Origin: Pseudodesulfovibrio piezophilus C1TLV30
GTDB lineage: Bacteria; Desulfobacterota; Desulfovibrionia; Desulfovibrionales; Desulfovibrionaceae
DNA length: 32,000 bases
NCBI RefSeq assembly: GCF_000341895.1
Contig: NC_020409.1
Coordinates: 480,001-512,000, forward strand
Direction of reading: 5' to 3'
How positions within the stretch are numbered: the stretch's first letter is position 1; each line of letters begins with the position of its first letter. Shown one piece after another: positions 1 to 7,639 of the stretch. Both the position numbers and the translations under genes were made by a program. A model generated the notes under the pieces. The model ran no database searches. It saw only the letters and a program-made list of their open reading frames with translations, and had not been told where the DNA came from.

Positions 1-121
1 TTAAATCAAAAACACTTAGGTTTTAATTTTTCGGGTTGCTCACTTACTGATAAGCTTTCGGTCTATTTTATCTGTTTTTTGTATTAATTGATGTCAGTAA
101 ATATTAGTTTTCTAAAATATG

Positions 122-145
122 CTGTTTAAACAGATGTTTAAACAG
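122..145. promoter_or_regulatory. Two directly abutting copies of a 12-bp palindrome (CTGTTTAAACAG then ATGTTTAAACAG). Candidate operator upstream of the biotin genes.
   Basis: Read directly at 122-133 and 134-145. The pair also reads as TGTTTAAAC-N4-GTTTAAACA. It lies about 75-95 bp upstream of the candidate bioDA start codons. The half-site resembles TGT(A/T)AAC-type BirA half-sites, but the spacing does not. Confidence 0.35.
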
Positions 146-219
146 CTCGAATAAATACAAACTTGCTCAAACTTTGGCTCCTATGTATGTTTCTTCTCCA
201 ATGTTCTCTATTTCAACCT

Positions 220-2253
220 ATGAAGATAAACACACATCATATGAATGGATATTTCATCACTGGAACTGACACGGGTGTCGGTAAAACAAATGTCACTGCT
301 GCTCTACTTCGCTGCTTCTTGGATGCTGGCCATAATGCTCTTGCGATCAAACCTATTCAAACAGGATGTCGAAAGACTGTTGATGGGTTCATTGCAGAAG
401 ATGTCGAGACTTACGCGCAGTTTACTGAAAGCTATTTTCCAAAAGGCTATCCTGATGCTTGTTGTCGAAAATTCCATCCTGCTTGTTCCCCTCATCTTGC
501 GGCTCAACTGGTGGAAGAAGAATTGGATGTTGAAAAGCTCACTTATGACATAAAACAACTTTCTGCAGATAAACAGCTTGTTCTCGTTGAAGGCGCTGGC
601 GGTGCCCTCGTGCCTCTTGGCCAGGGGGAAACCTTACTAGATCTTATGGAACGACTTGCCCTTCCCGTAATTTTGGTTGCAGACAACCGATTGGGAGTCG
701 TGAACCATGCGCTTATGACAGTTAAAGCCATTCGTGAACGTGGTCTTACCCTTGCAGGTATCGTGATGACAAATACTTCCCCTGTTCAGGATGATGCTTA
801 TCTGAGGCAAAACAACATTGAGACGATCGCTGAATATGGTGATGTCTCCATTCTTGCTGAGATTCCATATTTCACGAGAGAAAAACGTGCGATATCTATA
901 ATTCATCACACGAAAAAAATAGTTGCAGCACTAGAAAAAAAAACAACAGATGATATTGACTGTGTAAAAGCTGAAGTGGATTTTGACCAGAGGTACATCT
1001 GGCACCCATATACTTCCGCTCTTAATCCTTTACCGAGTGTCAAGGTCCATGGCACACGGGGAACAAAAATTATACTGGAAGATGGAGCAGAATTAATTGA
1101 TGGTATGGCCTCATGGTGGTGTGCTATCCATGGTTATGGACATCCTAAGCTCAAAAGTGCTCTCCGCTTCCAACTGGGGAGAATGTCGCATGTTATGTTC
1201 GGAGGGTTGACTCATGATCCAGCCATTAAGCTCTGTCGTAATCTACAGAAAATGACACCGGATGGCCTTGATCATGTTTTTCTCGCAGATTCCGGTTCGG
1301 TAAGTGTAGAAGTTGCCATAAAAATGGCATTGCAATACATGCAGGCGGATGGTCAGAAAAAGAGAACAAAGCTTTTTACAATACGTGGTGGATACCATGG
1401 TGACACCTCTGGGGCCATGTCTGTATGTGACCCAACAGGAGGTATGCATCACCTTTTTTCAAGTCTACTCCCCCAACAGATCTTTGCATCACGTCCATCT
1501 TGTGGGTTTGATGATGAGTTTTTCCCTGCCTGCCTTGATGAAGCCAGAGAGATAATCAGTAAACATGAAGCTGAACTTGCCGCGATAATTCTTGAACCTA
1601 TCGTTCAAGGAGCTGGCGGGATGTATTTTTACCATCCACAGTATCTGTCTGGATTGCGAGCCCTCGCGAATGAATTTGGAATACTTCTTATTCTTGATGA
1701 AATAGCTACCGGATTTGGAAGGACAGGAAAGCTCTTTGCATGCGAATGGAGTGATGTCATTCCGGATATTATGTGTGTTGGGAAAGCTTTGACTGGTGGC
1801 ACTATGACTTTGGCTGCCACATTGGCAACACATGAAGTTGCAGCCACCATCTCTCGTGATGGTGGTGTCTTTATGCATGGCCCGACCTTTATGGCCAATC
1901 CCCTTGCTTGCGCAGTTGCGAATGCGAGTCTTGAAATTTTACAAACAACTAATTGGGCTGATCTTGTCAATAATATTGAAGGTTGGCTGAAGGAAGCCTT
2001 GACTCCTTGTCGTAGACTTTCTGCTGTAAAAGATGTTCGAGTGCTTGGCGCTATAGGTGTGGTTGAATTAAATAGCACTGTCGATGTCGAAAAATTACAG
2101 AGTTTTTTTATTAAAAGGGGGGTCTGGTTGCGTCCATTTGGGAAACTCATATACACCATGCCTCCTTATACAATGAGCCATGATGAAATAAAAACTCTTG
2201 GCACGGCTATTTTCGATGCAATATCAACGAATGCACATGTTGAAGGGAATTAA
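220..2253 (+). CDS. bioDA: Bifunctional dethiobiotin synthetase / adenosylmethionine-8-amino-7-oxononanoate aminotransferase (BioD-BioA fusion)
   Basis: One open frame. The N-terminal part has the BioD P-loop YFITGTDTGVGKT. From YIWHPYTS onward it is a class-III aminotransferase with the PLP-lysine context MCVGKALTGG, typical of BioA. The start is uncertain: in-frame ATGs occur at 187, 220 and 241, and 241 gives MNGYFITG, closest to canonical BioD N-termini. None has a clear SD. The TTG at 163 in the ORF track is unlikely. Confidence 0.85.
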   Translation: MKINTHHMNGYFITGTDTGVGKTNVTAALLRCFLDAGHNALAIKPIQTGCRKTVDGFIAEDVETYAQFTESYFPKGYPDACCRKFHPACSPHLAAQLVEEELDVEKLTYDIKQLSADKQLVLVEGAGGALVPLGQGETLLDLMERLALPVILVADNRLGVVNHALMTVKAIRERGLTLAGIVMTNTSPVQDDAYLRQNNIETIAEYGDVSILAEIPYFTREKRAISIIHHTKKIVAALEKKTTDDIDCVKAEVDFDQRYIWHPYTSALNPLPSVKVHGTRGTKIILEDGAELIDGMASWWCAIHGYGHPKLKSALRFQLGRMSHVMFGGLTHDPAIKLCRNLQKMTPDGLDHVFLADSGSVSVEVAIKMALQYMQADGQKKRTKLFTIRGGYHGDTSGAMSVCDPTGGMHHLFSSLLPQQIFASRPSCGFDDEFFPACLDEAREIISKHEAELAAIILEPIVQGAGGMYFYHPQYLSGLRALANEFGILLILDEIATGFGRTGKLFACEWSDVIPDIMCVGKALTGGTMTLAATLATHEVAATISRDGGVFMHGPTFMANPLACAVANASLEILQTTNWADLVNNIEGWLKEALTPCRRLSAVKDVRVLGAIGVVELNSTVDVEKLQSFFIKRGVWLRPFGKLIYTMPPYTMSHDEIKTLGTAIFDAISTNAHVEGN

Positions 2254-3576
2254 ATGTATATTCTGTCTCTCTATTTTGTTTTTTTCATAGGCATGGGGAT
2301 TTATGAGTACTGCAAGCGAAAGGATTTCGAAGAATTTGCTGTGGCAGGTCGACGTTGTGGAGCAACTGTCACAGGTGTTTCCATAACAGCTTCATGCGTA
2401 GGTGCTTCTGCTACAATTGGCATGACTGGTCTGGCTTTTTCCTCAGGTACTCCGGCTTTTTGGTGGCTTGGCTCCGGTGCAGTTGGGCTTCTTGTACTCA
2501 GCACATTTCTTGCCGCCAAGACGAGACGAAGTGGTGTATACACCCTGCCTGATATGGCTGAAAAGTTTATTTCACCCTCAGCTCGACGGCTGATGGCTTT
2601 AATTATTATTCCAGCATGGGCATCAATACTTGCAGCTCAGTATATAGCAGCAGCAAAGGCTGCTACAGCTTTATCTGGTATGGACTATTCAGTTGCTCTT
2701 ATCTGTTGTGCCGCTGTTATTACGACCTATACGATGCTTGGTGGACAAAACTCTATTCTCAAAAGTGATTTTGTCCAATATTTTCTTGTTATTGTTGGAT
2801 TAGCGCTCGCTCTTTATTATACAGGGCATGCGTCCTCTGTTTCTCTCATGAATATTAAATTGGAATTTGTTAATGACGCTTTTCCTCTTTCAAAATGGAC
2901 CTATTTCATGGTCATTGTGGGTGGGAGCTATGTCGTGTGTCCTATGCTTTTTGGGCGTTTATTTTCTACTCGAGGCGAAAAGCAAGCTCAAAACGGCGCT
3001 TTCTTCGCTGTCATATGCATTACTCTTTCTGCCATAGGCATAGTTTGTATTGGCCTTTATGCTCGAGGATTGGCACCAAGTGGAACTGATGCCGATTCCA
3101 TCTTAACACAAGTAGTTCCTGCAACTATGCCCGCATGGGCAGGAACGGCCCTCTTGTTCGCTTTGCTTTCAGCCATCATCTCTTCTGCAGATTCATGCTT
3201 GATTACGGCTGCTACAGTTTTGGAGCATGATCTTATTGGTGGAAGCAATACTGGCCGATGCAGGTTGCTCATGTTTGTAATAGGATTGGGAGCACTCGGG
3301 GTTGCCAAATCCGGGGGCAGTATTCTTTCTCTTCTGCTTGCAGCAAATGACATCTATGTCTGTGGTGTTGTGGCTCCAATGTTTGTAGCAATCCTTGCGT
3401 GGAACAAACGACCGATAAATTCACTGCTGATGCTTTTAGGCATTATAGCTGGGGGCTCATTGGGCATTATGGCAGCATGGACAGGCTTCAAAATATATAG
3501 CTTTATGGGAGTTGGGCTTTCCTTAACACTTTCAATAGCCGCCCTACTCCCTTCTCGGTCATTTGCAAAATCTTGA
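2254..3576 (+). CDS. Sodium:solute symporter (SSS) family transporter, substrate unknown
   Basis: Polytopic hydrophobic protein. The N-terminal pattern EEFAVAGRRCG...ITASCVGASATIGMTGLAF matches the SSS family (PutP/PanF-like). Its ATG directly abuts the bioDA stop (TAAATG at 2251-2256), which suggests translational coupling. Confidence 0.7.
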   Translation: MYILSLYFVFFIGMGIYEYCKRKDFEEFAVAGRRCGATVTGVSITASCVGASATIGMTGLAFSSGTPAFWWLGSGAVGLLVLSTFLAAKTRRSGVYTLPDMAEKFISPSARRLMALIIIPAWASILAAQYIAAAKAATALSGMDYSVALICCAAVITTYTMLGGQNSILKSDFVQYFLVIVGLALALYYTGHASSVSLMNIKLEFVNDAFPLSKWTYFMVIVGGSYVVCPMLFGRLFSTRGEKQAQNGAFFAVICITLSAIGIVCIGLYARGLAPSGTDADSILTQVVPATMPAWAGTALLFALLSAIISSADSCLITAATVLEHDLIGGSNTGRCRLLMFVIGLGALGVAKSGGSILSLLLAANDIYVCGVVAPMFVAILAWNKRPINSLLMLLGIIAGGSLGIMAAWTGFKIYSFMGVGLSLTLSIAALLPSRSFAKS

Positions 3577-3619
3577 TTATTCATAAGTCATAATATGTTA
3601 TATTGCTTGTTCCACATAA

Positions 3620-3650
3620 AAAAGCCTGCCATCAAAGATGGCAGGCTTTT
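3620..3650. terminator. Hairpin AAAAGCCTGCCATC-AAA-GATGGCAGGCTTTT. A bidirectional-type intrinsic terminator and the left copy of the IS target-site duplication.
   Basis: Stem with an A-tract and a T-tract on either side, 44 bp after the symporter stop. An identical 31-bp copy occurs at 5224-5254. Confidence 0.75.
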
Positions 3651-3698
3651 CAGATCGCTGACAAACCCCACTTTTTTTTGAAAGTGGGGTTTTCTCAT
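3651..3698. repeat. IS left terminal inverted repeat, with an internal stem-loop (AAACCCCAC / GTGGGGTTT)
   Basis: The 18-bp terminal core matches the other end. It is followed by a 9-bp stem (3663-3671 paired with 3684-3692) and then GGGTTTTCTCAT, which matches GGGTTTTCTTAT at the other end. Confidence 0.75.
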
Positions 3699-3712
3699 GC
3701 TTCGATTTTTTA

Positions 3713-5170
3713 TCACGTCGCCAAAAGGTTGTTTTGTTGGGTTGTTGTCGTGAAAGAACCACCTGAAAGGGCTCTTAAGCGGAAATGACGTAAAAATGAT
3801 GACAATATTGCATGCAAAATGCCTGTTGGAACCAGCATCATAGCCATTTTCTTCATATTCTGGCAGGCGGAGGAAAGCAGACTTTGCTCTTGCACTTTAG
3901 ACAAGCCTCGGAAGCGGGCATAGCGATGCCCATGCAATTCTTTCGCATCGGCAAAGCTGCGTTCAACGGTCTCTTTTCGCCGGACGTAAACCCGCTTTCC
4001 ATACTCGCTGAGGCGGTGCTGATCGATCAAGTCTTTATGGTTCTGCCAAACATGCCGACTGATTGTCTTTTTGTGAGTTCTGCTCGTCGTACATTCTCCA
4101 AGTCGTCGACAGGATTGACACTGTTCTGGCGAAGAAGCGTACTGTCGATACCCTTCTCGGTTCGTTGTCACATAGTGAAGTTTTTGACCTTCTGGGCAGA
4201 TATAACAATCGGTTTCAGGCTGGTATTGGTACAGTCGTTTGGGGAGCATTCCTTTGCGACGAGGTGGCCGACGATAGCCAATGACGCCATAAATATCTTT
4301 TTCTATCAGCGCCTTGCATATATGTGGTGTGAAATATCCGGCATCAAGTCCTACGTTTTTCACTGAAAAATCGAACCGATCAATCTGCCTTTCTAGCCTT
4401 TCCAGATACGGCACGCTATCGTGCAAGGCCGCCGAGGTCACATGGCTGTCGGTGATAATGTTGCAGCGGCTGTCTACCGTGCGATGATCCAGATAAAAGA
4501 AGCCTTTGGGCTTACCTTCTCGGACCATATAACCGCTTTCAGGGTCGGTCGTACTTTGCTTGATCTGCTTTTCTTCAGGCTCGACAGATCGTACTTTTAG
4601 CGGCTTTTTGCCATGCTCACGTCGATCTTCCTCCACGGCTTCATCGAGTTCGCCGAGGTAGGATTTTGTGCTTTTACTGACCTGCTTTTCCTTGTATTTA
4701 TTCTTGTTCGCATTGGCCTTGAGATGAGTTGAGTCGGTGTAAAGCGTATGCCCACCAACAAGATTCTTGTGCATGGCCTGAACTACGATCCCATCAAAAA
4801 TGTCTTGGGCAACGCTGGTTCCATTAAACCTGCGCCGCCTGTTCTGGCTGAGGGTCGAGGCATTGGGAATCTTGTCCTGCAAGCCAAATCCGAGGAACCA
4901 TCGATAAGCCATGTTGACCTCGATCTCTCTCACGAGTTGTCGCTCGCTACGGATTCCGAACAGGTAGCCAATAAACAGCATTTTGAAGAGCACTACCGGG
5001 TCAATGGCTGGTCGTCCATTGTCTTCGCAGTACAGCTCCTTGGTGCGTTTGCGGATGAAGGAAAAGTCTATGACTTTGGCAATTTTTCGAAGAAGATGGT
5101 TTTGTGGGACCAGGTCATTGATCGAAACAAACTCCATCTTTACTTGTTGGTCTTTAGGCGTTTTCAGCAT
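3713..5170 (-). CDS. IS1182-family DDE transposase
   Basis: The N-terminal DUF772/InsH-like region reads INDLVPQNHLLRKI and GRPAIDPVVLFKMLFIGYLFGIRSERQLVREIEVNMAYRWFLGF. DDE-context motifs are YTDSTHLKANAN, VGLDAGY and RRKETVERSFADAKELHG. A Cys-rich insert reads CYICPEGQ...CQSCRRLGEC. The frame is uninterrupted. Confidence 0.9.
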   Translation of the reverse strand: MLKTPKDQQVKMEFVSINDLVPQNHLLRKIAKVIDFSFIRKRTKELYCEDNGRPAIDPVVLFKMLFIGYLFGIRSERQLVREIEVNMAYRWFLGFGLQDKIPNASTLSQNRRRRFNGTSVAQDIFDGIVVQAMHKNLVGGHTLYTDSTHLKANANKNKYKEKQVSKSTKSYLGELDEAVEEDRREHGKKPLKVRSVEPEEKQIKQSTTDPESGYMVREGKPKGFFYLDHRTVDSRCNIITDSHVTSAALHDSVPYLERLERQIDRFDFSVKNVGLDAGYFTPHICKALIEKDIYGVIGYRRPPRRKGMLPKRLYQYQPETDCYICPEGQKLHYVTTNREGYRQYASSPEQCQSCRRLGECTTSRTHKKTISRHVWQNHKDLIDQHRLSEYGKRVYVRRKETVERSFADAKELHGHRYARFRGLSKVQEQSLLSSACQNMKKMAMMLVPTGILHAILSSFLRHFRLRALSGGSFTTTTQQNNLLAT

Positions 5171-5177
5171 AAAAACA

Positions 5178-5223
5178 GTATAAGAAAACCCTCGCCAAAA
5201 GGCGAGGGTTTGTCAGCAGTCTG
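5178..5223. repeat. IS right terminal inverted repeat, with an internal stem-loop (AAACCCTCGCC / GGCGAGGGTTT)
   Basis: The reverse complement aligns with 3651-3698. The hairpin 5186-5211 has a different stem sequence at the same position. In the transposase sense it is followed by TTTTCTT, just upstream of the transposase ATG. Confidence 0.75.
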
Positions 5224-5254
5224 AAAAGCCTGCCATCAAAGATGGCAGGCTTTT
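5224..5254. repeat. Right copy of the 31-bp target-site duplication, the same terminator hairpin as 3620-3650
   Basis: Exact 31 of 31 direct repeat. The loop has the same orientation (CAAAG) in both copies. It lies 14 bp from the mgtE stop, so it can terminate mgtE. Confidence 0.8.
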
Positions 5255-5267
5255 GGGGTGGGATCAG

Positions 5268-6599
5268 TTAAATAACAAAGATACCTGCAAGCCCAAGGAA
5301 GCTCCAAAAGCCTATTGAATCTGTTATCGTAGTCAAAAATATTGATGATGCCTGAGCTGGATCTCGACCTATTTCTTTCAATATCAATGGTATTGATGCT
5401 CCCGACAATGAGCCTACTAACATATCTATAATGAGTGCGACTGCCATACAAGTCGCAAGAGCATAATCATGAGTCATAAAGGCGATACAGATAAAAACAA
5501 GTACGGAAATCACCATACTGTTCAGGATTCCGATTTTAATTTCACGAAAAACTGCGTACCAAGCTTTCTTCCTATCAAATTTCTCCATGGCCAATTGCCT
5601 GATCATAACAGCCAACGCTTGTTGTCCCGTATTGCCAGCCTGGTTGGATACAATCTGCATTAAAGCTGCTAAAATAGCCATTGTAGCTATCTCTTGATCG
5701 AATAAATGGACGACATAGGCTGCAATAGCGGAGTTTACGACATTAAGGATTAGCCAAGGAATACGTTTTTTTACGGAAAACGCGACCGGAGAGTCTGTTG
5801 TTTCATCTGCTCCGGCACCAACCATGGTTTGCATGTCTTCACTTGCTTCTTCATGAATGATATCAATGACATCATCTACTGTAACGACACCGAGCAATCG
5901 GTTGCCAAAATCAACGACAGGTAATGCAAGTAAATTGTAATGAGCAATTAAGTGAGCAACATTCTCTTTATCAACGTTGTACCCGACAGTGATTAGATTT
6001 TGTGTTTTTACCAATTCCTTGAGCGGGCCACCTCGTTTAGCAAGCAATAAATCTCGTAACGAAACAACACCCACCAAGCGGTCTTTGGAGTCCGTAAGGT
6101 AGGCATAATAAGGAATTTCTTTGTCTTCTACTTCCTCTCGAAGTTTGGATATGGCTTGATCAGCATCTAAATTTTGATCCAGAATAACAACTTCGGTGTT
6201 CATGACACCTCCAGCCGTATCCGGATCAAAAGTCAAAAGAGTCTTGAGTTCAGCACGCTCTTCTTCAGGAACTCGTTTAAGAAGAGCCTGCCGTAGATCA
6301 TCGTCTAGTCCGACCAAAAGATCAGTCGCATCATCCGGCGCCATTCTTTCGACAATGCGTGCAGCAAGTCCCCTATTCAAATGCTGAATAAGAGCTTTTT
6401 GATCGTTATCATCCATCTCGGCGATGGACTCGGCAGCATCCTTAATCGGAAGCTGTTTAACGAATTTGACCTGATCAGAAATGTCAAGGCCTTCAATGGT
6501 TTCTGCTGCATCAGCCGGATGCTGAGCTTCAAGCTCGGCAGCAGTCAACCCTTCGAAGTCTTTTTCCTCAACGAGATCTATTATATCTTTTGCACACAT
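5268..6599 (-). CDS. mgtE: Magnesium transporter MgtE
   Basis: Acidic MgtE N-domain, a tandem CBS pair (LVGVVSLRDLL... and LLGVVTVDDVIDII) and a C-terminal multi-TM domain with IPLILKEIGRDPAQASSIFLTTITD. Confidence 0.9.
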   Translation of the reverse strand: MCAKDIIDLVEEKDFEGLTAAELEAQHPADAAETIEGLDISDQVKFVKQLPIKDAAESIAEMDDNDQKALIQHLNRGLAARIVERMAPDDATDLLVGLDDDLRQALLKRVPEEERAELKTLLTFDPDTAGGVMNTEVVILDQNLDADQAISKLREEVEDKEIPYYAYLTDSKDRLVGVVSLRDLLLAKRGGPLKELVKTQNLITVGYNVDKENVAHLIAHYNLLALPVVDFGNRLLGVVTVDDVIDIIHEEASEDMQTMVGAGADETTDSPVAFSVKKRIPWLILNVVNSAIAAYVVHLFDQEIATMAILAALMQIVSNQAGNTGQQALAVMIRQLAMEKFDRKKAWYAVFREIKIGILNSMVISVLVFICIAFMTHDYALATCMAVALIIDMLVGSLSGASIPLILKEIGRDPAQASSIFLTTITDSIGFWSFLGLAGIFVI

Positions 6600-6757
6600 G
6601 GAAAAAAGTCCTAGCCCAATTCACTATTAAGGTCAAAGACTTCACTCCAGATTAGTGTTATATATTTGTGAAATATTTCATCAAGTCACCTACCTCTTGA
6701 CGAAAGCCATATGGTGCTTTAGTTGCCAACATCAAGCTAAGAAAATTAGGAATAGGT

Positions 6758-7627
6758 ATGTCTACCAGCACTTTTGATACTTTCTTCCAGGCTGAAGCCC
6801 GGATGTTTCTCCTCGCAACAATTCGTATTGCCCTTGCAGAGGATGGTTCAGACCTCACTTCAATGGGACTTTTTTCCGAGAACGACATGGCGCAAGCTCT
6901 GATTGTTGCAAAGCAAAAAACCGTTGTTGCAGGTCTTCCGATCATCCCTCTGGTTCTTGAATTTGGTGGTGAAGACTGCCAAGTTCATCTCAATGTTGAT
7001 GACGGAGAAACTGTTTCCGAAGGCACCATGGTTGCGGCTTTGCAAGGTCCTGCAACCCAAATCCTCAAAGCGGAAAGAGTCATATTAAATTTTTTATGTC
7101 ATTTGTCAGGGATCGCCAATATGACAGCTCAATATGTCGAAGCTCTTGAAGGGACAGGAGTGCAGCTTTTGGATACTCGGAAAACACTTCCAGGTCTCAG
7201 GTTTCCAGAGAAGTACGCTGTTTTGGCTGGCGGTGCCAAAAATCATCGGATGACTCTCTCTGAAATGCTCATGCTTAAGGATAACCATATAGACCGAGCC
7301 GGCAGTATTACGCATGCGGTCGAGACTCTTCTACGAACAAACTCCCCCTGCCCTCCCATTGAAGTTGAATGCCGAACCTTTGCTGAGGTTGAAGAAGCTT
7401 GCCAATGTCAAATCCAACGAATTATGCTTGATAATATGGACGCGAAAACGGCCAAAGAGGCTTTAACTTTGATCCCTGACTCTATTGAATCTGAGATTAG
7501 TGGCAATGTTTCTCTCGATACGATTCGGGAAATTGCCGGATCAGGGCCTGACTTCATATCAGTAGGCAAATTGACTCATTCAGCGCCTTCAAGCGATTTT
7601 AGCATGCAATTCATTCCCTTGGGCTAG
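6758..7627 (+). CDS. nadC: Nicotinate-nucleotide pyrophosphorylase (quinolinate phosphoribosyltransferase)
   Basis: Motifs are LDTRKT.PG.R, MLKDNHI, IMLDNM and ISVGKLTHSA. Confidence 0.9.
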   Translation: MSTSTFDTFFQAEARMFLLATIRIALAEDGSDLTSMGLFSENDMAQALIVAKQKTVVAGLPIIPLVLEFGGEDCQVHLNVDDGETVSEGTMVAALQGPATQILKAERVILNFLCHLSGIANMTAQYVEALEGTGVQLLDTRKTLPGLRFPEKYAVLAGGAKNHRMTLSEMLMLKDNHIDRAGSITHAVETLLRTNSPCPPIEVECRTFAEVEEACQCQIQRIMLDNMDAKTAKEALTLIPDSIESEISGNVSLDTIREIAGSGPDFISVGKLTHSAPSSDFSMQFIPLG

Positions 7628-7639
7628 ATAGGAGTACCC

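Larger units (their letters stand above)
3651..5223 (-). mobile_element. Complete IS1182-family insertion sequence (1573 bp) with one transposase gene, terminal inverted repeats and a 31-bp direct target duplication
   Basis: The ends read CAGATCGCTGACAAACCC (3651-3668) and, as the reverse complement of 5206-5223, CAGACTGCTGACAAACCC. That is 16 of 18 matching positions. The element is flanked by identical 31-mers at 3620-3650 and 5224-5254 and contains an intact DDE transposase ORF. Confidence 0.85.

Noticed and set aside
163-219. N-terminal extensions of track ORFs. These are 163 for bioDA, 13336 for trkA, 14175 and 14887 for the SiR-like genes, 15249 for the cupin gene, 17406 for the polyferredoxin gene, 17372 for the regulator gene and 8681 for nadB.
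   Set aside because: In most cases the extension overlaps a neighbouring gene or promoter region, lacks an SD, and adds residues absent from canonical family N-termini. Internal starts with good SD sequences give the expected protein lengths.
1629-2159. Long antisense or alternative-frame ORFs in the track. Examples are 1629-2159(-), 3812-4366(+), 4748-5224(+), 9305-9868(-), 20181-20579(+), 25427-25900(+) and 30182-30745(+).
   Set aside because: Each lies entirely within a gene whose product I recognise with strong family motifs on the other strand or frame. Their translations are low-complexity or Ser/Arg/Cys-rich, as is typical of shadow ORFs, and none has an SD.
3620-5254. The possibility that the 31-bp flanking repeats are extensions of the IS inverted repeats rather than a target duplication.
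   Set aside because: The 31-mer is a near-palindrome, so both readings are superficially possible. However, the asymmetric loop (CAAAG) is in the same orientation in both copies, which fits a direct repeat and not an inverted one.
6600-6757. An M-box (Mg2+) riboswitch in the mgtE leader, or a NAD-related riboswitch before nadC.
   Set aside because: The region is AT-rich, with no extended conserved helices or the GC-rich multi-stem architecture expected of these RNAs. This cannot be excluded without a covariance-model scan (Rfam cmsearch), but nothing supports it by eye.
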